Source of the DNA: Longimicrobiales bacterium
Lineage (GTDB): Bacteria > Gemmatimonadota > Gemmatimonadetes > Longimicrobiales > Gaopeijiaceae
DNA: 64,000 nt
Assembly (NCBI GenBank): GCA_965249725.1
Contig: CBDFMQ010000002.1
Location: 1,408,001 to 1,472,000 of the forward strand
Direction of reading: 5' to 3'
Shown piece after piece: positions 30,394 through 40,003 of the stretch. Made by a program: the position numbers and the translations under genes. Numbering within the stretch: the first letter of the stretch is position 1; every line of letters begins with the position of its first letter. The notes under the pieces were generated by a model. The model saw only the letters and a program-made list of their open reading frames with translations, ran no database searches and had not been told where the DNA came from.

Positions 30394-32141
30394 TCGGCGT
30401 CCTCCCCTACCTGAATGGCCTTCCGCACCGCGGTACGGACTACCGCGTCGGCGTCGTTCTTCGCGGTCGCCAGCGCCTTCTGGGCCTTGGGCATGCGGAT
30501 TTTGGCCAACGCTCGCGCAGCGGATGCGCGGATCTCCGCGGGCTCCTTCCGACTGAGCAGGCCCTTCTTGTTGAGCAGTTGGTCGAGCACGTCGACCGCG
30601 TCCGCCCCACCGAGCATCCCGTAGCTCTCGAAGATCGCAATCTTCTCGCTGAGGTCGGCGTTCCGGATTTCCTTGCCCGTGACGAGAGCCTTGAGAGCCG
30701 ACGCCGCGTTGGTATACTGCATTCCCGCGAGCGCGCGCGCCGCTCCCATCCGGACGTCAGAGTCCTCGTCGCCCAACGCCGTGACCAGGCCCGAGGCCGC
30801 CCCGCTGGCGCCCAGGGTTCGGGCCGCTTCGACTCCAGCCAGGCGCACCGCCGAGTAGGGATGGCTCATCAGTCCCGCCAACTTGGGGGCAGCCTCCGTG
30901 AGGTCCATCTCCGCCACCAGACGGGCGGCGCCGGCGATGATCACGGCGTTTCCGTCCTCGAGCAGAGAGATCAGCACGTCGCGGTTCTCATCGGCGATAC
31001 CACGCACGGCCCGGCGGAGCGTCTTCTGCATGCCCGGCTCCTCCGCCTCTTCGGACGCGAAGAGCAGAATCGGAAGAGCGCCGGCGCGGAGGTACTTGAG
31101 GAGTCGCTCCAGGACGTCCACCGGAACGTCGATCGTACCGTCCTGCAAGGCGCGAACGAGCTCCTCCATGGTCTCGGGCGACGAAAGGTCGTCCAAGAGA
31201 GTGTCGCACTCCTGCTGCCTGGTCTGGTCCAGTGCTCCGGGCTTCGCCCGCGTCGCAGCTAACTGCTCGAGAACGTCGGCGGCAGATGCGACTGCCCCAC
31301 GGCTCAGGAAGTTCGGCAGGACGTCCCGCAGGATCTTGAGGATCTCTGACTGGCGCTCCGGCTTGTCGGGCTCCTCGAGTAGATCGAAGAGGGCAGCGAG
31401 GACGTCCGCTCGGAGGTCTCTCGTCATCTCTGCTTCGAGTTCCTGCTTCAGCTGCTCCTTCTCACGGGGGTCCAGAGCGTATAGAGCCGGCATGAAATCA
31501 TCCCGCCCAATCTTGGGCGCGGGGGTCTCCGTCGTGGCCGCCTCGGCGGCGGTCGCGGCCGCTGCGCCGTCCGTCGCCTCCTGTAGCACGCCGGCCAGCT
31601 CCGGGCGGTCCTCCTCCGGACGTGCCTCGGGAACCTCGACCCCGTCCGCCAATTGATCGACGTAGTAGTACTTGAAGAACTCGAGGTCCTCTTCCCACAG
31701 GATCGTCAGGAGGTCGTCGCCCTGGGCGGCCTTCAGAGTCTTGGCCTTCTGGAGCAGGCTCAACAGACGCTCCAGCTCCTCTCCCTCGACGCCGGGCAGG
31801 AACGTCACGTCCCGAACGCCATCCTTGTAGAAGAGGAAGGAAAGGGAGTCGGCTCGCGATTCGCTGCGGTAGACTTCTTCACCGGCCAATGCGAAGCGGT
31901 CTTCCTCAACCGAGACGTTGAGACCTTCGACCTCTTTCCAAAGCGCCTCGAAGGCTTCCCTCAGGCTGCTGACGAAGCGCTTATAGACCGGGTTGTTCTC
32001 GTCGTAGAGCTGGAAGGCGCGGAGCGCCTTGCCGAGAATGACGAATAACTCCCGGACCTCGACGAGAGGAAGGTCCTCTACATCGGCCCACTCGGCAGAG
32101 CCATCGCCCTGGCCTGAAGTATCGACGGGGGTGTCGGTCAA
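30390..32141 (-). CDS. HEAT-repeat domain protein
   Basis: C-terminal HEAT repeats (VRLAGVEAARTLG, VRMGAARALAGM, IRASAARALAKI); stop overlaps the HD-GYP start. Confidence 0.88.
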   Translation of the reverse strand: MTDTPVDTSGQGDGSAEWADVEDLPLVEVRELFVILGKALRAFQLYDENNPVYKRFVSSLREAFEALWKEVEGLNVSVEEDRFALAGEEVYRSESRADSLSFLFYKDGVRDVTFLPGVEGEELERLLSLLQKAKTLKAAQGDDLLTILWEEDLEFFKYYYVDQLADGVEVPEARPEEDRPELAGVLQEATDGAAAATAAEAATTETPAPKIGRDDFMPALYALDPREKEQLKQELEAEMTRDLRADVLAALFDLLEEPDKPERQSEILKILRDVLPNFLSRGAVASAADVLEQLAATRAKPGALDQTRQQECDTLLDDLSSPETMEELVRALQDGTIDVPVDVLERLLKYLRAGALPILLFASEEAEEPGMQKTLRRAVRGIADENRDVLISLLEDGNAVIIAGAARLVAEMDLTEAAPKLAGLMSHPYSAVRLAGVEAARTLGASGAASGLVTALGDEDSDVRMGAARALAGMQYTNAASALKALVTGKEIRNADLSEKIAIFESYGMLGGADAVDVLDQLLNKKGLLSRKEPAEIRASAARALAKIRMPKAQKALATAKNDADAVVRTAVRKAIQVGEDAE

Positions 32142-32177
32142 GGGTTCCTCGCCTACCGGTTCGTCTGCGGTGTCAGT

Positions 32178-33371
<1,194 letters not shown>

Positions 33372-33398
33372 CGTTGCCCTGTATCCGGGATGGATAAC

Positions 33399-33464
33399 AT
33401 GCTTCAAACGTGCTTCAAAAGTGCTTCAACCGTGCTTCAACCGCGCTTCCACTGTGCTTCAACC
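33399..33464. repeat. 11-bp tandem repeat GTGCTTCAACC x6 spanning the trpF stop
   Basis: Units start at 33399, 33410, 33421, 33432, 33443, 33454. Confidence 0.9.
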
Positions 33465-34096
33465 GCGTTCTCTACGAACGCTCGAATCAAGTCGTGATCC
33501 TTGAGCCGAGGCGCTAGCTCCACGCCCGAACTGACGTCGACCACATCCGGTGAGACGACCCTTACCGCCTGCGCAACGTTGTCGGGGGTGAGGCCTCCTG
33601 CGGCGATCACGGCGACCCCCGAAGGCAGCATGCCACCGACCGCGGAGAAATCATCCCACGCAAAGGACACGCCTCCGCCCCCGGGATGCTCGGGGTGCCA
33701 GGCGTCCAGGAGGAATGCGTCCACCGCGTCGCCGTACTCCCTCACGGCCCGAGCCACGTCCTCCGGCTCGCGGACTCTCACGGCCTTCCAGATCGCCCAA
33801 TCGCCCTTGGCGCGCAACTCCCGAACGAACGCCGGACTCTCCTCACCGTGAAGCTGGATCACGGAAGCACCGACCAGGGTCGCTATGCGGTGCGCTTCAT
33901 CGACGGACTCGTCCACCAGGACGGCCACCACGGGCGTGTCGACGGCGAGGGCGATATCGACGGCCTGATCCGGCAGGAGGCTTCGGCCGAAGCCTTGAGA
34001 GAGGATCATGCCGACGTAGCTCGCGCCCAGTGCCTCGGCGGCCCGTGCATCTTCCGCGGAGCAGATTCCGCAGATCTTGACCCCGATGTCAGCCAT
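33437..34096 (-). CDS. trpF: Phosphoribosylanthranilate isomerase
   Basis: VKICGI, QLHGEE, AGGLTPDNV, VDVSSGVE; ATG at 34096. Confidence 0.95.
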   Translation of the reverse strand: MADIGVKICGICSAEDARAAEALGASYVGMILSQGFGRSLLPDQAVDIALAVDTPVVAVLVDESVDEAHRIATLVGASVIQLHGEESPAFVRELRAKGDWAIWKAVRVREPEDVARAVREYGDAVDAFLLDAWHPEHPGGGGVSFAWDDFSAVGGMLPSGVAVIAAGGLTPDNVAQAVRVVSPDVVDVSSGVELAPRLKDHDLIRAFVENAVEAQWKRG

Positions 34097-34898
34097 GCGT
34101 GCGGGCCTTCCGCTTCGAGCCGGCGAGGATCGAGACCCCCTCGCCGGGATCGTCCTGCCGCAGCAGCGACTCACCCACCAAGACGGCGTGCACGCCCTTC
34201 TCCCCCAACATGCCAACGTCGTCCCTGGTCCGAATACCACTCTCCGACACCAGGACCACCTCCGGTGGGATCCCGGCCAGAAGGCCCAGCGTCACCTCGA
34301 GCCGAGTCTCGAACGTTCTGAGATTCCGGTTGTTCACGCCCAAGAGTCTGGCGCCGGACGCCACACCCCGTTCGACTTCCTCGGCGTCGTGCGCCTCGAC
34401 GAGCGCGGACATGCCCAGTTCTTCCGCCAGGAGTCGGAGCGAGCGGAGGCGTGCGTCGTCGAGGATGCGGACGATGAGCAGGACCGCATCCGCCCCGGCT
34501 GCCCGTGCCTGGAATACCTGGGACTCGTCGATGAGGAAGTCCTTCCGCAACACCGGGAGGTCCACGAGTCCTCTGGCCGCAACAAGGTCTTCGAGAGAGC
34601 CCCCGAAATAGTCCCGGTCCGTGAGGACGCTCAGCGCGGCTGCACCTCCGCCCTCATACATCGGCGCCAACTGGAGGGGGTCGAGATCGGGCCGAATAGG
34701 ACCAGCCCCCGGAGATCGCCGCTTGATCTCCGCGATCACCGCGACCGAGTCGCCCCCACCCACGGCCGTCAGAAAGTCTCTGGGAGGGTCCGCGCGCTCC
34801 GCGGCCGCACGTAGTTCCGGCACCCGGTCCTCGAGCCCCTTCACCTCGTGACGCTTGGTCTCGACGATCCGCTCGAGAATACCCACTGGAGCACTCAT
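34089..34898 (-). CDS. trpC: Indole-3-glycerol phosphate synthase
   Basis: [31 protein letters not shown]. Confidence 0.96.
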   Translation of the reverse strand: MSAPVGILERIVETKRHEVKGLEDRVPELRAAAERADPPRDFLTAVGGGDSVAVIAEIKRRSPGAGPIRPDLDPLQLAPMYEGGGAAALSVLTDRDYFGGSLEDLVAARGLVDLPVLRKDFLIDESQVFQARAAGADAVLLIVRILDDARLRSLRLLAEELGMSALVEAHDAEEVERGVASGARLLGVNNRNLRTFETRLEVTLGLLAGIPPEVVLVSESGIRTRDDVGMLGEKGVHAVLVGESLLRQDDPGEGVSILAGSKRKARTHG

Positions 34899-34920
34899 TC
34901 AAACCCTCGAGGACCCGTAA

Positions 34921-35040
34921 GGCCCGACGTACGGCCCGACGTAAGGCCCGACGTACGGCCCGACGTACGGCCCGACGTACGGCCCGACGTAGGGCCCGAC
35001 GTAGGGCCCGACGTGGGGCTCGACGTGGAGTTCGACGTGG
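34921..35040. repeat. 12-bp tandem repeat GGCCCGACGTRN x10
   Basis: Ten contiguous units with no spacers, degenerating toward 35040; lies in the trpC/lexA divergent region. Confidence 0.95.
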
Positions 35041-35063
35041 AACGCGATGATGCCTGCCCGTCC

Positions 35064-35116
35064 TTGCGTTTCGGGCAACGTTCGGGTATCGTTTCTTCGG
35101 GTCCTATTCGGGTTCT
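35064..35116 (+). promoter_or_regulatory. lexA sigma-70-type promoter with overlapping candidate LexA operators
   Basis: TTGCGT(35064)-N17-TATCGT(35087); TTCGGG at 35070, 35081, 35096, 35107 (two pairs 11 bp apart). Confidence 0.6.
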
Positions 35117-35137
35117 ACCGATACGGAGGCGAACAGC

Positions 35138-35746
35138 ATGCCCCTGACGAAGCGACAAAAAGAGATCCTCGATCTTATTGAGAGTTTCATCGAAGAACAT
35201 GGGTACGCCCCGAGCTTCGAGGAGATCGCGGAGGCGTTCGGGTACTCCTCCCTCGCCACGGTGCATGAACACCTGAGCAATCTGGAACGCAAGGGCTACA
35301 TCCGGAAGGCCTACAATGAGAGCCGCTCCATCGAGTTGGTAGGTCATTCGTCGTCGTCTGGCGGGCTGGAACTGCCGCTCTTGGGTGCCGTAGCCGCCGG
35401 ACTCCCGATCGAGGCCATCGAGGAGCAGGAAACGCTGGCGGTGCCACCGGACATGGTGCGGAGCGGCAGCGACAACTTCGTGCTCCGGGTCGAAGGCGAG
35501 TCCATGATCGACGAGCAGATCCGTGACGGCGACTATATCGTCGTGACCTCGCAACAGACTGCAGCTGACGGGCAGATGGTCGTTGCGCTCGTGGGGGGTG
35601 ATTCCGCCACTGTGAAGAAGCTGTATCGCGAGAACGACGGACGCATTCGGCTGCAACCGGCCAACCCGACCATGAAACCGATTCTGGAGGATCCGAACAA
35701 CGTCAAGATCCAGGGCGTCGTGGTGGGTGTCATCCGGAAGTACTAG
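35138..35746 (+). CDS. lexA: SOS repressor LexA
   Basis: [20 protein letters not shown] cleavage site, GESM Ser, TVKK Lys; GGAGG RBS. Confidence 0.96.
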   Translation: MPLTKRQKEILDLIESFIEEHGYAPSFEEIAEAFGYSSLATVHEHLSNLERKGYIRKAYNESRSIELVGHSSSSGGLELPLLGAVAAGLPIEAIEEQETLAVPPDMVRSGSDNFVLRVEGESMIDEQIRDGDYIVVTSQQTAADGQMVVALVGGDSATVKKLYRENDGRIRLQPANPTMKPILEDPNNVKIQGVVVGVIRKY

Positions 35747-35756
35747 AGGGCCCAGG

Positions 35757-35810
35757 GGCCTTCCTGCCCGCGGAGGCCTTCCTGTCCGCAGCGGCCTTCG
35801 TGCTCTCCGA
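35757..35810. repeat. 18-bp imperfect tandem repeat (GGCCTTCCTG.CCGC...) x3
   Basis: Units start at 35757, 35775, 35793; fills the gap between the convergent lexA and trpD stops. Confidence 0.75.
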
Positions 35811-35811
35811 G

Positions 35812-36867
35812 TCAGGACGCGCGCGTAGCCGCTCTGAGCAAGTCCAGGGCCTCCAGAGCCTTGCCGCTATCCAAAGCCTCTGCGGCCAAAGCGACGCTGT
35901 CTTCCAAGGTCTCTGCCACATCAGCAACGTAGATCGCCGCCCCCGCGTTCAGCAGCACAGCGGATCGGGCACCCCCCTGCTCTTCTCCCTGGAGCACCGC
36001 CATGATCACCTGGGCGTTCTCCGTGGGCTCACCTCCTGCAAGCTCCTCGGCAGAGCACCGCTCCAAACCGAAATCCTCGGGACTGACGGTACGTTCGCTC
36101 ACTGCACCGTCGGCCAACTCGGCCACGCGTGTCGGCCCCATGGGACTGATCTCGTCCATGCCGGGCTCTCCGTGCACGACCAGCGCATGGGTATGCCCCA
36201 ACTCGCGCAGTGCCTCGACTACGAGCGACACCAGAGACGGGTCCGCCACGCCCACCAACTGGCGGCGTACACCGGCCGGATTAGTGAGTGGCCCGAGGAT
36301 GTTCATCACGGTTGGGAAGCCGAGCTCCCGGCGCACCGGTCCGACGTGCCGCATCGACGGGTGCAGGAGGGGGGCGAACATGAAGACCAGTCCCACCTCC
36401 TTGAGGACGGTGGCCATCTCCTCAGGGCTGAGTTCGATGCGCACTCCGAGCGCCTCGAGAACGTCGGCACTCCCGCTACGGGACGTAAACGAGCGGTTCC
36501 CGTGCTTCGCGATGCGGACTCCCGCCCCGCAGGCGACCAATGCGGCGGCCGTTGAGATGTTGAACGTGGTTACGGCCCCACCGCCCGTCCCACACGTGTC
36601 GATAAGCTGATCCGTCGCCTCGGACGCAACCGGCACCATCGCCTTTCGGAGGGCTCTCACGCCGCCGGCGACCTCCACGGGCGACACGCCCCGTACCCGA
36701 AAAGCCGTGAGTAGCGACGACATCTGCGCCGGAGAGGCGCTTCCCTCCATGAAAGTGTCGAACGCGAGTTCCGCCTCGGAGGCGGTGAGGTGCTCGCCAT
36801 CAGCGACCTTGCGGAGCGTACTCCGGAGGTCGAGCGACGGCGGCGATGACGCGGAACTCTGGCTCAT
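35812..36867 (-). CDS. trpD: Anthranilate phosphoribosyltransferase
   Basis: DTCGTGG, FNIST, KHGNRSFTSRSGSAD, GPLTNP, GMDEIS. Confidence 0.96.
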   Translation of the reverse strand: MSQSSASSPPSLDLRSTLRKVADGEHLTASEAELAFDTFMEGSASPAQMSSLLTAFRVRGVSPVEVAGGVRALRKAMVPVASEATDQLIDTCGTGGGAVTTFNISTAAALVACGAGVRIAKHGNRSFTSRSGSADVLEALGVRIELSPEEMATVLKEVGLVFMFAPLLHPSMRHVGPVRRELGFPTVMNILGPLTNPAGVRRQLVGVADPSLVSLVVEALRELGHTHALVVHGEPGMDEISPMGPTRVAELADGAVSERTVSPEDFGLERCSAEELAGGEPTENAQVIMAVLQGEEQGGARSAVLLNAGAAIYVADVAETLEDSVALAAEALDSGKALEALDLLRAATRAS

Positions 36868-36957
36868 TCGAGGGTGCGTTCCGTGGAGGGAATCCCGTGC
36901 CGAAGTACACGCTCACCCCGGCAGAATACAGCTACAATTCAACCTTTCGGGCGTCGC

Positions 36958-36985
36958 TTGACAACAGGTACCTCCGTTCTACCTT
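36958..36985 (+). promoter_or_regulatory. Sigma-70-type promoter for the truA-tal-htrA-pur run (probably leaderless)
   Basis: TTGACA(36958)-N16-TACCTT(36980), 6 nt before GTG 36992. Confidence 0.55.
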
Positions 36986-36991
36986 CCGGGC

Positions 36992-37798
36992 GTGGAATCC
37001 GTGAGGGTGAATCGCCTCAAGCTGATCCTTCAATATGATGGCTCGGCCTTCTTCGGCTGGCAGATCCAGCGTGAGGAGCGAACCGTTCAAGGGGAGCTCG
37101 AAGCGGCTCTGACGCGTCTTACAGGTGCCCGGCGCCCGGTCGAAGGATCGGGCCGAACGGATCGCGGAGTCCATGCGACCGGCCAAGTGGCGGCCGTGTC
37201 CCTCCCCGAAGCCTGGGGACCGCCCAAGCTCGAGAAGGCTCTAAACGCCGTGCTGCCCAATGACATCTGGGTCGAATCCGTCGAGTCGGCGGCTTCCGAT
37301 TTCAGTCCCCGTTACGATGCGATCGCTCGCACGTACCTCTATCGACTCGGCGTCTCGGCGCGGACTCGGTCGCCGTTCCACCGTCCTTGGTGCTGGGCCC
37401 TCGCCGGCGATGTCGACTCCGCCCTGCTGACCCAAGCCGCAGATCTGCTGCCCGGGGAACATTCGTTCAAGGCATTCGCCAAGTCGGGACAGCCCCAGCG
37501 AGGCGTGATGTGCACGGTGCATGCCGCCCGATGGGAGCCTTGGGAGGATCTGGGATTTTCGTTCTTGGTGACGGCCAACCGCTACCTCCACCACATGGTG
37601 CGCTACCTTGTAGGCACGATGGTGGATATCGCGAGCCAACGGCGCCCGGTGGACGACCTGCACCGTCTGCTCGCAGACCCGGATGGCGACTTGGAGACGT
37701 CCCCTCCGGCGCCTCCCGAAGGACTGTTTCTACATCACGTGGCGTACCCGACGGAGAGGGGTTCCGACTCTGCGGACGCCATTCCAACTACGCCCTGA
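36992..37798 (+). CDS. truA: tRNA pseudouridine(38-40) synthase TruA
   Basis: YDGSAFFGWQ, GRTDRGVHA, YLHHMVR, APPEGLFL. Confidence 0.95.
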   Translation: MESVRVNRLKLILQYDGSAFFGWQIQREERTVQGELEAALTRLTGARRPVEGSGRTDRGVHATGQVAAVSLPEAWGPPKLEKALNAVLPNDIWVESVESAASDFSPRYDAIARTYLYRLGVSARTRSPFHRPWCWALAGDVDSALLTQAADLLPGEHSFKAFAKSGQPQRGVMCTVHAARWEPWEDLGFSFLVTANRYLHHMVRYLVGTMVDIASQRRPVDDLHRLLADPDGDLETSPPAPPEGLFLHHVAYPTERGSDSADAIPTTP

Positions 37799-37810
37799 AC
37801 CCGAGAGCTC

Positions 37811-38467
37811 ATGAGAATCTTCCTCGACACCGCCGATACCGACGAGATCCGACGAGCCGCATCAGCTGGCCTCATCGACGGAGTGACGACCAACCCCTCC
37901 CTCATGGCCAAGTCCGCCGGGGATCGTGAACCGGCCGATCTCTTCCTCGAGATCTGCCAGACGGTGGACGGGCCGGTAAGCGCCGAGGTCGTTGCGCTGG
38001 ATGCCGAGGGGATGGTGGATCAAGGAAGGCGCCTCGCCAAGATCCACGACAACATCGTCATCAAGGTCCCCCTCACCGAAGACGGGCTCGTCGCTTGTCG
38101 GACGCTCCGGAGCGAGGACATCGGCGTGAACGTGACCCTCTGCTTCTCGCCGACCCAAGCCCACCTGGCGGCGAAGGCGGGAGCCACGTTCATCTCGCCC
38201 TTCATCGGCCGTGTCGACGACATGGCGGGGGACGGGATGGAGCTCATCGCGCAGATCCGTCAGATCTACGACAACTACGACATCGAGACCCAGATCTTGG
38301 CTGCGTCGATCCGGCATCCACAGCACATGGTGCAGTCGCTCATGCTCGGAGCGGACTGCGGCACGTTGCCACCCAATGTGCTGTATCAGCTGTTGAAGCA
38401 TCCGTTGACTGACCGCGGCTTGGATGCGTTCATGGCGGACTGGAAGAAGTTGGGAAGAGACCTGTAG
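37811..38467 (+). CDS. tal: Small transaldolase (Tal/Fsa family; Glu/Phe residues indicate transaldolase)
   Basis: FLDTA, TTNPS, VSAEV, IKVP, SPFIGR. Confidence 0.9.
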   Translation: MRIFLDTADTDEIRRAASAGLIDGVTTNPSLMAKSAGDREPADLFLEICQTVDGPVSAEVVALDAEGMVDQGRRLAKIHDNIVIKVPLTEDGLVACRTLRSEDIGVNVTLCFSPTQAHLAAKAGATFISPFIGRVDDMAGDGMELIAQIRQIYDNYDIETQILAASIRHPQHMVQSLMLGADCGTLPPNVLYQLLKHPLTDRGLDAFMADWKKLGRDL

Positions 38468-38509
38468 TCGGACCGCAAACACCCCTATTCGGGTCGAAAT
38501 GACCTATTC

Positions 38510-40003
38510 ATGGCCGACAGACCGTTGATGCCCTCCCCGAGGTACCATTCCGCCCTCGCGGGAGTCGCCGCTGCCGCCTTGGCGCTGGGGCCGGTAGCCT
38601 GCGGTGCGACGGAGACCCAGGACGACACGACCGTCACCGAGGCCTCGGACGTCGGGTCGCTCATCGCAGCGAACTCGGCGGCCTTGGGTGCACCCTCTCA
38701 GGTGTCCGCCGCCCAGCGCTCTACCCGGCTCGACACCTCGCGGAGCACGGCCATCGTCGAGGCGGCCACAGAAGTGGCGCCGGCAGTCGTGAGCGTCAAC
38801 GTGCTCCGGACCGAGCAGGTGCAGACACGCTCGTTTTTCGACCCGTTCTCCATGCCGCGCACACGCCGAAGCCGTGGACTGGGGTCCGGGTTCATCATCA
38901 GTGACGCCGGCGTGATCCTGACCAACGATCACGTGATTCAGGGTGCCGAGCGCATCATGGTCACGCTGCCCGACGGCCGGGACTTCGAGGCCGAGTTGGT
39001 GGGGACGGACCAACTCACGGACGTGGCCGTGCTTCGGATCCGAGGTGACCGGCTGCCGGTGGCCCGCCTCGGGACCTCGGAGGGAATACTCATCGGAGAA
39101 TGGGCGTTGGCCATCGGGAATCCGTTCGGAAATCTCTTTTCCAACTCCGAACCTACCGTCACCGCCGGCGTCGTAAGTGCGACCGGACGGCACATCATCC
39201 CGGACGACGACGATCGCGTCGTATACCTGGGGATGATCCAGACCGATGCGTCGATCAACCCGGGGAACTCGGGAGGTCCGCTGGTCAACTCGGCGGGAGA
39301 GGTGATTGGCCTCAACAGTTCCATCTTCACTCGGAGTGGAGGGAGCGAGGGCCTCGGCTTCGCCATCCCCATCGACCGGGCCCTGCGTGTGGCGGAGCAG
39401 CTCATGGGAGACGGAGAGCTGAAGAGGGCCTGGTTCGGCTTCGAGGTAGACGCCGGCGAAGAGGATATCTGGGGCCGAACGCAGGGCATCGTGGTGGCCA
39501 CCGTAGCTCCCGGGTCGCCGGCGGCCGAAGCTCGCCTGGCACTCGGTGACCGGATCGTCTCCGTCGACGGGCAGGCGATACACACGCCCTTGGACTACGC
39601 GTCGGCCCTCCTGGACATGCGGGCCGGCGAATCCATCTCGTTGGGCGTCGAAGGCAGACCGGGCTCCGTCACCCTGGTTTCCGAGGATGTGCCATCGGTC
39701 TCCGCGGATCGGGTCACCGCTTTGGAGCAGATGCAGCTAATCACCGTCACGCCGCGGATCAGGGCCGAGCGGAATCTCGGGTACGACACGGGGGCGCTGA
39801 TCGTGTCGATCGAGCCTGAACTCGCGGGCCGTATCGGATTCCGAGCGGGTGACGTCATCCTGCAGATCGACCGAGCCGGTATCACCTCCGCGGAGCTGGC
39901 AGCGGAGATGTTCCGACGCGCATCGGGCACGGTGCCGGTCTACATTGAACGCAACGGCGGAGTCATTGTGAGACAACTATCCCTCCGGCGGCCCCGTGGC
40001 TGA
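38510..40003 (+). CDS. HtrA/DegP-like serine protease with 2 PDZ domains, probable lipoprotein
   Basis: TNDHV, DVAVL, GNSGGPL triad; signal peptide ending PVAC. Confidence 0.92.
   Translation: MADRPLMPSPRYHSALAGVAAAALALGPVACGATETQDDTTVTEASDVGSLIAANSAALGAPSQVSAAQRSTRLDTSRSTAIVEAATEVAPAVVSVNVLRTEQVQTRSFFDPFSMPRTRRSRGLGSGFIISDAGVILTNDHVIQGAERIMVTLPDGRDFEAELVGTDQLTDVAVLRIRGDRLPVARLGTSEGILIGEWALAIGNPFGNLFSNSEPTVTAGVVSATGRHIIPDDDDRVVYLGMIQTDASINPGNSGGPLVNSAGEVIGLNSSIFTRSGGSEGLGFAIPIDRALRVAEQLMGDGELKRAWFGFEVDAGEEDIWGRTQGIVVATVAPGSPAAEARLALGDRIVSVDGQAIHTPLDYASALLDMRAGESISLGVEGRPGSVTLVSEDVPSVSADRVTALEQMQLITVTPRIRAERNLGYDTGALIVSIEPELAGRIGFRAGDVILQIDRAGITSAELAAEMFRRASGTVPVYIERNGGVIVRQLSLRRPRG

Noticed and set aside
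34921..35040. Possible CRISPR array
   Set aside because: Contiguous 12-bp units with no unique spacers, and no cas genes in the window
34895..35656. 253-aa ORF antisense to lexA ending in an ATGA overlap with trpC
   Set aside because: Mostly the lexA shadow plus the stop-free repeat; no RBS or motif; the overlap is probably coincidental
37811..38467. Fructose-6-phosphate aldolase annotation
   Set aside because: Has Glu (SAEV) and Phe (SPF), typical of transaldolase rather than the Gln/Tyr of FSA
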